Below are positions 1-16,700 of a stretch of DNA of 64,000 nucleotides, in pieces (positions within the stretch are counted from its first letter, which is position 1; each line of letters starts with the position of its first letter). This stretch comes from Anthoceros angustus. Its lineage: Eukaryota > Plantae > Anthocerotophyta. The DNA is taken from assembly GCA_010909165.1 (NCBI GenBank), contig VJWM01000116.1:682001-746000 (forward strand), in the 5' to 3' direction. Under the pieces are notes generated by a model, which made no database searches, had not been told where the DNA came from, and was given only the letters and a program-made list of their open reading frames with translations. The translations under genes were made by a program, and so were the position numbers.

Positions 1-1958
1 TGGACTTTAGGCAAGTGGAAGTTGGAGAAAGATATCCTCGGTTTGAGGATATGGTATATTTAATGAACCCAGATTCTACTCACTGGAAAATCCTATGCTC
101 CAAGGGATGCAGCAGGACTCCTACTAGATCGTTCCCCTCACAGGGTTTATCTGCACCACCAGATTCATCAGAGGCCATACCCAATTCGAAGCTTGAAGGA
201 TGCGAAGAACAGCCACTGTTGGACGTAGTCTTCGTACATGGGTTGTGTGGTGGCCCTTTTAAGACCTGGCGTGTTTCAGATGACAAAACGTCCACAACAG
301 ACAAAAGCGGCCTTGTTGAATCTATTGACAAGGAAGCTGGTAAAGAGGGTACTTGCTGGCCCAGTGAGTGGCTCTCACATGATTTGCCTCACAGTCGTCT
401 ATTCACCTTGAAGTATAAGGTACTACTCTTCCCTGGATGATCCTAGAAGCTGGGAAAGGCTGGGGCCAGAATCTAAAATCTATGGATGTGGTTGCCACAT
501 ACAGACAAATCTATCCCAATGGTCAGGCGCAACTCTGCCTCTTCAGGTACTGCATGCTTTTTTCTCAAAAGGTGGCTTGTGAGGAGAGTGAGGAGATTGT
601 ATTTTTGTGTATTGAGGAAACGTGAACTTGCAGGTAACATGCATGCATGGGACGCTTGCCCAACGTTTCTTTATTTCTTTGTATTTAGAGCCAAACAGCT
701 GTCCTTAGTGGTATTTGTCACATTTGGCTGTGTATTAGAAAATAAATTTGGCTCTCTCACAAGCGTTCCAAATTCCTTAAACAGTTCCCAGTGAGTGATT
801 AACAATCAGTAATGATGTATTTCTGTGCTTCAGGAAGTCAGCTCCATGCTCCTTGACAAGTTGCTTGCAGCAGGTGTGGGGGAGCGACCCACAGTATTTG
901 TAACTCACAGGTTTGTTATGTCACAAACCAACTTCAGCAGCCCTTGTCGCTTTCTATGCTTCAGCAGCCGTTGTGGCTTTGTCTGCTGTTCATCAGGTGT
1001 GTTTTTCACCTGCTGAATCTGTTGTGCCAATGTATCCGTCTCCAGTATGGGGGGTCTTGTTGTCAAGCAAATGCTGTTGCAAGCTGGACAGGATAAGACG
1101 AGGGCTCATTTGGTGCATCAAACACGGGGCATTGTAAGCACCTTGGATATCATTTCTTGGCCTAGTGACCTGACTATTGAATACAATTATTTGGGGATTA
1201 CATGGAGGTGATTAGCTTCGTCCCGTTTTTTCATTGTAACAGGTCTTCTATAGTTGCCCGCATTTTGGCAGCAAACTGGCAGATATGCCGTGGCGCATGG
1301 GTTATGTTTTGCGTCCTGCTCCATCTGTAAGTTCTGCTGCTTCGTGCCTCTACGATTGTGTGCCCAGAGCAGTGAGTGCCGGTCTGTAGTTGAAGGTCTG
1401 TACCAGTGAAATATCTTAGTCACGAGTGGTGCTGGCTAAGGCACAAGTGACCTTATGGTTTCAGATTGGTGAGTTGCGAAGTGGCTCTCCGAGACTGGAA
1501 GAGTTGAATCGATGCATCAGGGTACTACATAGCAAGAACAACCTGGAAGTTCTGAACTTCAGTGAGGTACAACTACGGTTTTCATCACATAGAAAGTGGG
1601 CAAAGTTTGGGTTCTGAAGTCCGTCAAGTGGAGTAAATGTCAAAAGTGCACTGCAGACAAAGGTTACTCCCTTGGTCGAGGGCTACGGAGGGTTGGCACT
1701 TCGAATGGAAGTTGTACCAATCGAATCAGCGTTTCCTGGCTATGGGGAACTCGTGGTAGGGTGATCATGACCCCTCCTCCTCATGATCTCTCGAAGGTGT
1801 TCTTTCCTGTGTTAACAAAGCGCACCGGTGTGCCACAGGTCTTGGACGGTACCGATCATGTGAATTCTTGTAAGCCACTGAGCAGATCAGATCCTGCCTA
1901 TACCAAGACTCTGGAATTTTTGCAGAGGTTAGAAGAGTTAAGTCGGAAGGCACGTTGA
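1..1958 (+). CDS. SERAC1-like alpha/beta-hydrolase, 3' part of a multi-exon gene (5' end outside window)
   Basis: Spliced exons read DVVFVHGLCGGPFKTW...CWPSEWLSHDLPHSRLFTLKYK / TNLSQWSGATLPLQ / EVSSMLLDKLLAAGVGERPTVFVTH / SMGGLVVKQML (HSMGG nucleophile elbow) / VFYSCPHFGSKLAD / ... / VLDGTDHVNSCKP...KAR* (stop 1956-1958). GT-AG introns visible. Confidence 0.88.
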
Positions 1959-2314
1959 CAACTTCAGCAAGTGATAGCACTGAGAATCTTTCATTTGTAA
2001 TATGACAATGTTGGTGTAAGGTATTGACGGTGTCATTTACATCGTTGTACCAATTAGTGATACATAATGTACAGCTGTACAAGATTTCTTTTCCTCATTG
2101 TAGACTCCAGTTACTGAAGTTTACATGCTATTCCAAGGTAATGTACAATGATTGTGTACCTTGCAAAGTATCTTGAAAGATAAAACTTCGAAGAAGGCAC
2201 GCATAGTTACCCAGCAATGCCGGACACGCTGGTTCGAGATTGAGCAGAGTAGCTGCTCGTCTCCACCATACCTTAAGCATGTACATGTTCCACATCCAAT
2301 TCCAGATTCGGAAG

Positions 2315-5300
2315 TTAAAGTTTGGACAGAATTGGAGTTGTCGACCCTGAACCTTTACCATGCCCTTCTTTCACATCCACTTCCGGTTCGCTTGGAGGGA
2401 CATCCACGGCCGGAGAGCAATTGAAGAAACCATGCGGCTGGAAAAGATTCCATCAGGTTAACCATGCACAAGTTCCACCAGGTTAACCATGCACAAGTCC
2501 CATACGTCCATACAATAGGACAGACGGCAATCAAACGCGACATGATGACTCACCACAATAGAGAACCCGATCCGCTCCACTGGCATAACTGGCCAATCCT
2601 CAAGCCGTGGGACGTGGGTAACACCGAAGACATACCTGTACCAAGCACTTGGTTAGATTCAACCCCTCCTCTGAAGACACGGCATGCAAAAGCAAAAGGG
2701 GATGAACGATACCACAAAACAACGTCAGTTTCCTCCAGCTTCCGGTCTTGCTTGGTCCACGTAGGGAGGCCCTCTCCCACCCTTGGGTTTTGATTGGGAA
2801 ATTCGCCACCAGGGAAACGTTCTTCTTTGTGGTACTGCGTTACCCATAGGTTGTGCTTCAGAAAAGCTGCACGTCTGAGAAACTTTGCATCGGGACCCGC
2901 AAGAGGTAAGCAGTTGGACCCAGGCACAAGCTTGTAGCCAGTCGGCTGACCAGTGCGATTCACTGTTCTGGTATTGCGAACCTGCAGAAATGAATTAACA
3001 CGTTAAGCAGGAAGAACGCCAAAAACTCCACAAGGGTCGGCAGAAGTTCACAAGAAGCAGTGAATCAGACACTCACAATCCAATGGCGAGCAGCAAGGGA
3101 GTTACAATCCCTTTGGGCTTGCAGCTCCGACTTCAGGAGGGTTTCCTCAGGATAAAAAGCATTGTTGTGAGGGTTTTCTGGTCCTGGCTCCTCAAGTTTC
3201 ACATCCACTTCTACAACCTGCAGCGAAGCAAACATAAGGCAGCTCAGCACTCCGCTCAGACTCCCACCAAGGTACTCCGAACTGAGGACCAAACAAACTC
3301 ACAACCAAAACCATCCAGCAGATTCTCGGTTCAGTTCACCCCACAGTCCAGCCCACTCCAGTCCGCCGCCTTCTTTCAAGAAGCTAAGCCTAAAATCCGA
3401 CACGTTCTAAATTGTAGTACCTGATTCAGTCCTTCCCCGGGCTTGCAGTCGACAGCCATGTCAAGTCTTGCGACAAAAAAATGCTGATGCACAGGTGCAT
3501 AAAGCCCTGGGGCTATTACAGTCCCATGTCTTCGAACTTCACCTGCTCTGAGGGCACCAAGGCTAAGGATCCCAGTTAACTTCACCTCTGCCTCTATCCT
3601 TCCATCCTGGATCCCGAGCAAGTCAAACAATATATCAAAACCACAACCTGGCGAAGGCAAGGGCAAAGGCAATGTAGTCCACAACTTGGCCGCACATCTA
3701 CCTGGTAGAAATGCCAGAAGAAGCCATACTCGTAGTTGGCCACAGTGCAAAAGAATGAAACTGTGAGCCGCCTTGATCGTCGAACTTCTGTTGAACCTGT
3801 TCTCCAATCTTGATGTTTCCACAGAATACCATGATCCTCTTCATGCATGCAGACAACATTTTCAATGGTCTCAACACCACCATGAAAGTTGGTGAAGTGG
3901 GCATCGAAATATCTGATGTATCCCAGACAGTCACAGCCCTGCCAAACCAAACAGAAACAAATGAGGGAATAGGCGTAGACAAACATCAGATGCAGCTTCA
4001 CAAGCCTTGCCCGGCAAATTGCAAATTTCCAAAGCTCCTACAGATCTTGAACAATGGAATGACTCAACAGATATTAGGACAGGAAGACTGTAGAATACTC
4101 TCACCTTCTTCAAGGAGTGTGCATTTTTGCCTAGCCCATCTTCTCCAGCATCAAAGGCGTTCTTCCGATAATTAGGATCATGTGGATCACCATATGGCAC
4201 GACCATTTCAACAAAACTCAACCGATGCGCAACAGATCTGCGTCCCCTACTGCCATCATCATATGCAACAGTGTGGATCACAAGACCCTCTTTTGGTGTA
4301 AAGCCTAGTCGAAAATTCCACTGTCACCCACAAAAACAAAGGGTCAGAATGCAGGAAAGCAGCCATTGCAGGGTAACGGTCACATGGGAAAACAAGTTTG
4401 TACAGTGGAACAACATGCCATCATATCCCACTTCAGCGACAACACAAACACCCAGGAGTTGCAGAATACTACACGTCATAGAATACCAACCTTCTGCCAG
4501 GCAACAGCATAGCCATTCACTCGGAAGCTTGGACCATCTGGCTGAAGTATATGCAGAGGTTTTATGTCACTGCGGTCTACTCCTCCACGCGACTGACCAG
4601 AGGTATAATTACGAAGAGGATCTGGCGGTGGTAGTGGAACCAGCTGCCTGTCCTCGAACTCTATGATTTGCATTTGGCGCATGTCAACCAGCACATAAAT
4701 ACCCTCCACCGGCCTGGCATAACCGTTCTCAAGAGGACAGTCACTCTCAGCTCTGCAATAAATAAGTGGCCTTGCCAACCTTCTGCTAGGGGCGTCCTGC
4801 TCCCCGTAGTATCCAACACACCTGTAATCACAGAGAAGGAAATATGATTGATGTGCCACAAGACCATAACAACAAACGACTGCAAGAACTCTACTCGGTG
4901 CACCTGCACCGGACACGTTGAAGGGAAGTGGCATACCATGGATCTACCATAACAAGATCCATGTCGTCTATTCCTCGTTTCCTCATAGCGTCAATAAAAG
5001 GAGGGAACTCCTTCACAGCAGCCTCGCACTCTGCATACTCCACGGCATCCTGAAAACCAAAGAGGAAGCTGGGTCTTTTCAAAGAGGAAGCTGGGTCACT
5101 ATCCGGACACCAGCAGCTGTAACTACTTCATCAGAAAATCAGCAAAGACCATGAGCTGCAGTGGGTGGAAAGACCAACCATGGGAGGCTGCACATCCGGC
5201 ACCACTTGGGAGGTGATGACTTTGCCTCGGTGGTGCCCTCCTCGAGCAGCAGCGTGAACCTCCGTCAGCTCCACTGTCCACACACTAGTCTCGTTGGTCA

Positions 5301-6135
5301 GCTTATTGTAGATGACGAGCCTGGCCTGCCTGGGAGGAAGCTGCAGAGGCATAATTGCTCCTCCCTTGCCCTTCGGCAGGATAAGCGTGGGCTGGTAGGG
5401 AGGAAAGAAGTAAGCATCTGCGAGCGCCACCACACTCTTCTCCGGCTCGTTGAGCACCACCTCGATGAAACGCATGCCATCCCGCACCTGCACCAAACCG
5501 CCCCGGCCCACAGAGTGAGAAAACAAACGGAGAACCTGGATCTCCATATTCCTGGAGCCGGAAATTCACACACACAAGAGCCAAACAGGACATCACCTCC
5601 GGCGTCTCGCCCGCAGCTCTGACTGTGGCGATGGCGACAGCAACCTCCGCTGCGCTGAGAGGATCAAGCGGATGCGCCGCTTGCGATCGCAGGACCAGCA
5701 ATCCCGACCCTGGCATCCTCACAAATGAAAAAAAAACAGAAGCATCAACAATTCTTTCCTCTCCACCCCGTGCAGAGACGTGGGACGTGAGACGTGAGAC
5801 GAGTTCAGCCAGCAACCTCCTTTGGCAGCGGATGCGTCGAGAGCAGGCGCGACGAAGGACGTGGTGGCGATGTCAATTGTCTGCTCCGCAGGAGCTGCTG
5901 CGGTGGCGGCGGCGGCGGCGGCGAGCTTCGACGAAGGAGACGGCGGCGGCGCCAAGGAGAGCACTACAGCGCCTCTTCCCTTCCGGTCGAGCCCGACCAC
6001 GGGAGCTGCTGCTGCGGCAGCGGCAGGAGCAGCGCATTTGTGAGGAGCGACGCTCTTAGCCGATGGTGTTGCATGCGTATAATCAATGGCGGGCGCCTTG
6101 CAGCAAAGCGCCGCCTGGTTCGGACGTGTGGCCAT
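2315..6135 (-). CDS. Copper amine oxidase (primary amine oxidase), peroxisomal type, multi-exon
   Basis: [12 protein letters not shown]-terminal motif, TPQ-forming consensus [11 protein letters not shown], Cu-ligand HQH (APVHQHFF), ENPHNNAFY. Last exon [15 protein letters not shown]...TPILSKL* (TAA at 2315-2317) gives a PTS1. Start ATG at 6133-6135 is inferred. Confidence 0.95.
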
Positions 6136-9100
6136 TGGCAGGGATTGGCGAGCGAGGCGAGTCCCGTCCCCTTTGTCCCCCTGGCCGCCCTATCAGACAT
6201 ACAGCGCAATGTCGGAGGAGCCTCAAGAGTTGCAGGCGGCGAGCTCAGCGTGATGGAAGCGCGGAGAGTGAGATGCTCCCGCGTTTATGTAGTCCCCGAC
6301 AGCAGCGTCTATCCTTCGGCCTCGACCACTGTAGCAAGCACTGTTGGAGGCGAAGGAGCAACCGGCTCGGCTCGTGTCGGCTCGTGTCGTCAACGTTCCG
6401 ATTTGCAATTGCGAAGCCCGAGGAAGAGGAAGAAAGCAGCAGACAGAGCAGGGAGCAGCAGCAGGGGGAGGAGGAGGTGCACTCTCTCTTCCTCGAGTTG
6501 CTCGAGGATGGAGCGGAAATTGAAATTTATTTTCAACCTTGCCTTCTTCTTCCCGGGCTGTCCGGATCCAGGGCAGGTATCGGGAGCTGGATGCTGGACA
6601 GGGGAGTAACAACAGGAGGAAGAAGGCGGGCAGGAAACGAGAGGCGGAGGGGGATCAGGGCAGGGGCAGGAGGAGCGGCGGGGGCAGGGGAAGCGATAGC
6701 GGCAGCGGCAGCGGCAGCAGGCAGAACAGAGGGGGGAGAAATCGGCACTGGAGATGGTGGGAGGCGGTGTTGCTGCGTCAAGTGCGTGCGGAAGGAGCAC
6801 TGTAGCGGAGTGGGGCGGGAAAGGTGGCGAAAGCGGGGCATGAGGGCGGCGCAATGGGGCAACCGTTAGAGACAGAGGCAGAGGCGACAGCGCACCGAGC
6901 TGATCGGAGCGCCACTTGTCCGGTGCAGTCGGCCAAGAGGCATGGGCCCTGACCTGGGGACGAGGGGAGCCGGAGAAGGAGCCGGAGGCGCAGGCGGGAG
7001 GAGCAGCCGCAAAATCTTTCAGCATATCATCATCAAAGCTCCCGCCCCGGGAGACCTGCCCAGCCCTGCCCTGCTGTGCCCTGCTGTGCCTGGTGTCGTC
7101 AATGCATGCTGGCCTGGAGGTCGGAGCCGGGCCCCGGCTCCTGATCATGCAGAGCAGGAGCGGCGTCGGTGACGATGAGAGAGGGGTGGGTTCTGGTTGA
7201 TTATCAGAATCCGATTCCTGCTGCTGCTGCTGCTGCTTCTGCTGCGGCCGGGAGCATCGGCGCTGCCACTGCTACTGCTGACCACTGTAGAGGGGGGAGA
7301 CTGGAGTCCTGGACTGTGCAGTCCAGTGCACTGTGCGCAATGCAGAGTGGAAGAGTGGGCGGGAGCAGTGCAGTACAGCAACGCGTCCAGGAGTGTCAGT
7401 GCGAAGAGGGGCCGCATTGTAAGCAGGGTGCAATTAGTTAGGATGGCGGGAGCCAATGGGAGCAGGCGCGCGTGACCATCTCGGGAAGGGCGGGAGGGGG
7501 GACAGAGCTCTGACCACTAAAGCAGAGGTGTCGGGTGTGGAGGAGGCCCACCGACCACCTTCCTTCTTCCTGTCCTTTCCTGCCTTATCTCTCGCAGCTC
7601 GCTCGCCCGCCCAGTGTGTGTATGTACAACTGGACGCAGACGCCGCTTGTTGCCCTTGTGCCGCGTCTTGGCGGCGGCGCCCATGACCTAATTCTCCTTC
7701 CGCTTTCCATTCTTTCCATGGATGCCTTGTTTCTTTCTGTTCAACCGTCCTGCAGGTCAAACAGTTCTCCCCAGGAAGCATGCGGGCTCGGGTTTGGGAC
7801 CGGTTTATGACGAAGGTGGGGATGTGACAAATTAGGGGCGCGGATGCATTGTTGCGTTGGGAGCGGAAGCCGGGGGAGCCAATGGCAGGGCTGCGTCTGG
7901 AGGTGCTAATTCCAGGGGAGGATCCCAGTAAACCGTGGGGAGCACATGCCAAAGCGACGAGCGAAGTGGTGGTTGGGGCAGGGCAAATGAAACGTGGGAG
8001 CGTGGCACAGTGGACAAAAAACATCCGGCGCCGATGAGCAGCGGGCACGCTGGGCCCGGCTGCCGCCTGAGCTTTGGATGGAGTTGGTCGAATCACGAAT
8101 CAGACACCGGGCTGCGGACCACCGAATGTGAATGTGAACGTGAACGAAACGGCTGCGTCTTCCTGTTGCTCCCGGAACCTCCAACGGCCCCACTTGATGC
8201 TGTGCGCACTGCGCACTCAAAAAGCTTTTTTTGGCGAGAAATGGGAATTCCGAATTGGGTGTGTGGCCTGTGAGTCGGGAATTTGGCGTGCTTGTACACT
8301 TGTTTCGGGCAGGCTCTGGGCACGCAGGTCCATTCTTCCAGGGAGATGGGGAGGGTATGTATCCTCATGTACATAAATGTACAGCACCTGCTGTGCTGTG
8401 CTGTGCTCTGCTGTGCTGTGCCCTGCTGTTGCAGGGAGTGGGCTGTTGCGCGGCCCTTTTGCCCTGCTTCCTTCCTTCCAATCAAGGTTGATCGCGCCTG
8501 TCTGCTGGCTGCGATGAGCAGGAGGCAGCATCGTGCTGCCACCACTGCTTTTGCTTTTCTGCTCCCCCTCTTTACCCGTACCCGCTCCTGCATTATTTGC
8601 ATGTGACCACATCCATTTAACTTTTCAACTACTGTTCCTCCCAACTTTCCTATCCTATGCTTTCCGAGTAAGTAAGCAAGCGTTAAATCAACGCCACACC
8701 TACCAAAGTTCCTCAAGCTTCATACACGGTTACATCTATTAGATATAATATCTACAAAATATATATTATATTTTATATATAATATCTATATATTATACTA
8801 TTTAAAACTATATTACTTTCAGAGCTAAAATATTTAAAATGAATTTTTATTTTTTAACGTATTTATTTATTTTTTATTGAATAAAGAGATGGGCTGAAAA
8901 TACATGATTTCCTATGGACCGTAAAGGTTCTATAGAGAGAAGAGTTTGATATTGGTCTTTTCCCCAGCATAAAGTATGTTCTTACTTTGGACTTTGCGCA
9001 GTTAGAGAGTAGGCTTCTTTGGCCTTATCCTCACATGGGTTGAGCCAAGATACTTACTGTGGACTTATACTTGGTAAGATCAATATTCATACTTGAGTTT

Positions 9101-10370
9101 TACTCAATATAAAATCACATTCAAATTATAATACATCTAACAAAGATACTTATACTCAACACAATTGAACTACATGATAGTATGCTTGGTACATATCACT
9201 CACATTTCTACTCATTTCATACACTTGAATTGTCATAACCAAAATATACTTATGTACTTGAAGTCATATCTTTCTCTTCAATAAAATCTCCAAGTTTCCA
9301 CTTGAGGTCATATGAGATACTTGAAATGTCACACTCAAAACATCTTGTTTCATATGCATGGAGGTCATTTTGCAGAACTTCCCGTGAAGAAGATAACTGA
9401 TGAACATTGGACACCCGTGAAGAAGATAAATAAAGCCGTGAACCAAAACAAGTACTATGTAGTAGCGTCCAAAAGCCGCCCAAGTACACTGATTCCTCGA
9501 GTGTTGTCTGTATGCCATATTTGTCATGGATAGAGATGGTCCAAGAGTGTGGGTCATTGCATGAGTACTTTGAAAGCAACTTCTCAACTTTGGGTCCACT
9601 TTGGAATCATCCAAAGGAAGCCCTCCTTCCAAGAGTATAGAAGAACCTGGATAACATGTCAGGCTAGCATATGAAAATTAGCTTTGAAAGGTTTGTATAT
9701 TGTAATTGAATTTATGATATGATACATCTCTATACTATTGTCTAGAAGACCGTGTTTCTTGTAATTGTCCTTGAGTTTTGTATAACACTATAGTAACCTG
9801 ATTGTTTTACAGTACAACAGGTTTTGTCAATGTTCTATAGTTTAGAAAATTCAATTTGTAAGTTATTCCTTGCTTGTACTGCAGGTTTATCAATATTCTA
9901 CAAGTTTAGATGGTTCAATTTATAAGTTATTCCTTGCTAGTACGGAGCCTGCTTTTCATATTACTACTTTACTTGTGATAGCTTACTAAATGGACTTTAA
10001 CATTCTGCATAAGGTTAGACTATACTATATACAAAGAATATTAAAAAAATAAGTACGACGAACCTTTGCCCACATGGCCCTGGAATGCGATGGATGTCGA
10101 GAGGGCGGACCCACTTGTACTTTTGGATCGCTCGAGTCACAGCCTCCAAAACAGACTCGAAAGGTGAGAACTAGTGAGCCGGAGGGAGGGAGGAGTTTCA
10201 CAAGGGGGCTTCGTACCTACCCCATGCAAGATTGGTTGGACAAGGGCCAACAAGGTGTGCACAACAGCCAAGAGGAGGAAGATGGAAGGGCTCAACAACC
10301 TTCACCATCTCGTGGGCGCTGCTGCTGTCCAGGATTCCCACTGCTTATTAGTTCAATTATTCATCTAAGA

Positions 10371-10790
10371 CTAGGAGCCGCCTCTGAGCCTGCATCGCGC
10401 AGCCAGCTGCTCCAGGCACGTGCATGCCGATTGTATCGCACAAAAGGGGTCCCAGTTTGTGGGGAGTGAGGACGATGTCACACTGATCATGCACTCAGGC
10501 CTGCCATGAGCAATCAACCACGCTCTGCATGCCGGCTGGCGTGGGGACAGACAGTCACAGCCTACAACCTCCGTGGCTGTGTGTTCCCACTTCCCCCAAC
10601 ACACAACTGGGCCTCACTCGATGCTCTCGTCCTCGAAAGAGTCGAACTCTGTGTCCATTCCCTTGAGCCGCTCATCGCCGCCCGATCCTTCCTGTACTTG
10701 CTGTTGATTGGAGTCGCCAAATCTTGGCTGGGCTGCTGAATGGCTTGCGGCTACAGATTCTCCAGCCATCGGCTCTGTCGGCTCCTGCTT
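10371..10790 (-). CDS. Putative small spliced orphan gene (unidentified)
   Basis: An exon at ~10618-10790 is flanked by a tgcag acceptor and a gtgagg donor and splices in frame to an exon starting ~10500 (MAGESVAAS...DSFEDESIE/PECMISVTSSSLPTNWDPFC). No recognisable domain. Confidence 0.3.
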
Positions 10791-12388
10791 CCTGCATCCA
10801 CACGTTCTCCCAAGACAGAGTGAAACGGTCACAATTGACATACAGTAGCAATGTAGGCTTAGACTAGAAACAAACTGTCCGTCCGACTTCCTTGCCGTTG
10901 GGTTTCATTGTCTTGTGCCCATGATCCCATGATCGGAGCAGCCATCACCAAACCAGATCTTGGTCTCACTTGTGATGGACAGGCTTCACCCCCTTGTGTA
11001 GACGTACACCTACTAAGCACCAAAGGGAAGCGAGCTTTTGAGCTGCGCTGCAGAAGCTGTTCCCTGTGAACCCAAATACGGCTGGCATTCCAGACAGACC
11101 CAAGTACGATCCAGTCCCAAGGTAAAGCACACAAGCAGAGATTAGCATCCTGGTGGGCCACACAAAGACTAACATCATCTCAAGGAAGCATCCCAGGCTC
11201 ATCCACGTCCTTTACAGCAAAAATAAACCACTCAATCACGACAGAGCTTGCTATTGGAGCTGGGACACACACTCTGCATGTGCAACAAGACGGCAGACAG
11301 CGCCTGGTTGGGCCGTAACAACGTCACGCTTTTGGATCGCCGCCGAATAGTCCTATGCGCGACCCATAAGATTCATGACGACTCAACATGCAGATGTCAG
11401 CATCTCCACAATGTGAAACCTCCAGACGAAAACATTAACAAACCCTGGGGCACGTGAAGGCAACTACATATGGTGGGCACCTTGTGCCGTGCATCTGTCA
11501 TCTGCTGACTGCCACCTCTAAGATAAGCGGAATAGGAGCCCGCTTTCTTCTCATCCAAGATCAGCATTCAGTCAACCACAGTTCAATCAACTCTTACGGC
11601 ACCAACATGACCCAGGGTGAGGGACGTGTGGAGACAAACAAAAAAGGATCCTCCAACCCCAAGACACCGGATTGGGTTGGACGCAGCGATTGTCTTCTTC
11701 GAGCTATTGATGCTGGAGTGTACCTACCTGTGTACAGCAACTATCCAACAAGGGACCACACCCCTTTCTCGCTAAAGCCTGAGATGACAAATTGCTTCCG
11801 GCAGCATAGATGGTGCGCGTAGATACTCGTCCCAAACTTTGACTCCAAGCAGCAGAAACGTCAACAAACACCGTGACTTCAACGCCCTACATCAGCCATG
11901 CCGGCAAATGTTGAACCGTCTCCAAGAACTCCCAGCAAAAATCTTTGGTACTGGAGATAACATCTGCGAGTTACCCACTCAAAGTCTCGTCAGTACCGTC
12001 AGCCTCAAAACAAATTTGGAATAGAAGACAACTCAGCAAAAGGGAATCTCCTCCCGAACTCAAAGCCAGCGTCATTTGGAGGCATCAATAGCCTAAAAAA
12101 TCAATGGCGGCAGCCAAGAACCTTAAGCAAATAAACAGAGGCTCATCTTCAGTGGGAGATGAAAACAGGTTGTTTCAACTAAACTAGACTGCTGAATCTC
12201 ATGCCTGCCGGCTGGAAACTATCTTGCCTAGGCAGATCAAAGAACAATTATAAATCACGTGTACGCTGCGCAATGAAATCCAGCATACAGCCTAACACCT
12301 TCACCCTCGTCAGAAGGTCAAAGGAAAAGGCACCCCACTAAAGTGCCAACCGCATCCCACCCCGAAGTCTACTACTTTACATGAGCTT

Positions 12389-15581
<3,193 letters not shown>

Positions 15582-16350
15582 GGTGCTGCGCCTGCGTTCG
15601 TTCCTCCTCCCGCTTCCCCCTGAAATCCGGCCGCGGCCTCAATGGCGTCGGGCCCTCCGTCTCCCAGCGGCCGAGGCGTCCAGAGCGCGCTCCCACTGCT
15701 GCCTTTGTCAGATGAAAGGTGAGCAGTGACGGTGCGCTAGAGGAACCCAAAGCAGCCCGCCGTTTTCCTGTTTTGATCTCGCCGCGCTAACGCTAACGCG
15801 AACGCGAACCCGAACCCGGTTCCCGAACGCGCTCCTGACGCCTGACAGGCTGGAGCTTGCGGGGCGGGCCGTCCGTGACGGGCTTGACTGGCCAGAGGCA
15901 ACGGCAGGAAAATAGCACGTCTGATTCACCACCGCTCTGTAATAGGCTTCGTCTTCTATTGTCTGCTGTTTAGTTCATATACACATGTGTTTCCATTTCA
16001 ATAGCGTGAAGTTTCACAGACATCCCAGCCATGTAAACTTAGGGCAAACGGTCCCAGGACCGCCTGGTACAGCCCGGGACCAGGCATGCCTGGCATGTCG
16101 TCCTCGATCAGGTGGAAGGTTCCCGTGGAGAAAGCTGCCATATCCTGGAAGGAACACACTTGTTAGCAAAGCTTGAAGTTTCAAAGCTCCTCAAGTGAAC
16201 TATTGCGCAATGTCTTCTGAGCAAGAGGTAGATATACGTCCGCCCCCGGAAATGAAGGTGGTGCTCACCAACTGGGACTCACTGTTGTAATTGAGAGAAC
16301 CACACAGGGAAGCTGCCTCAATCGCAGCTGCCAAGGCACGCCACGGGGCA

Positions 16351-16700
16351 TCAACAGTACCGCGTGGAACCTGGAGACGTTTTCAAACACGAATACCCAC
16401 ATTCCCGAGCATGAGCATGACTCCATCGGCCCTTTCCCAGGTCTTCCACCAAGCTACAAGCTTTCAACAAGGTGACAAAAGTGAACCTGTCAGGCTGCAC
16501 CCCTTCCCCCTGCATTTGCTCATAGCACGAGAGAGCCTCCTGACATCTCCCCGCCTTGACATACCCTGAAATAATGGGTGTCCAGAGAACTGCTCGGCTC
16601 GATAGCTTCTGAAACACACGCAGCCCCTCCTCAATTGTCCAACAGTTCACCAGGGTGGTTACAACAAGCTCACTCAAGCTTCTGTTCCACGCCAACCCAC
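16351..16700 (-). pseudogene. PLS-class pentatricopeptide repeat (PPR) gene fragment
   Basis: EEGLRVFQKLSSRAVLWTPIISGYVKAGRCQEALSCYEQMQGEGVQPDRFTFVTLLKACSLVEDLGKGRWSHAHARECG is roughly one S-P-L motif set. No further repeats or E/DYW domain visible. Confidence 0.8.

Noticed and set aside
8733-8890. Helitron 5' end (ATCTATATATTATACTATTTAAAA)
   Set aside because: Low-complexity AT sequence, and no convincing hairpin-CTRR partner was found nearby.
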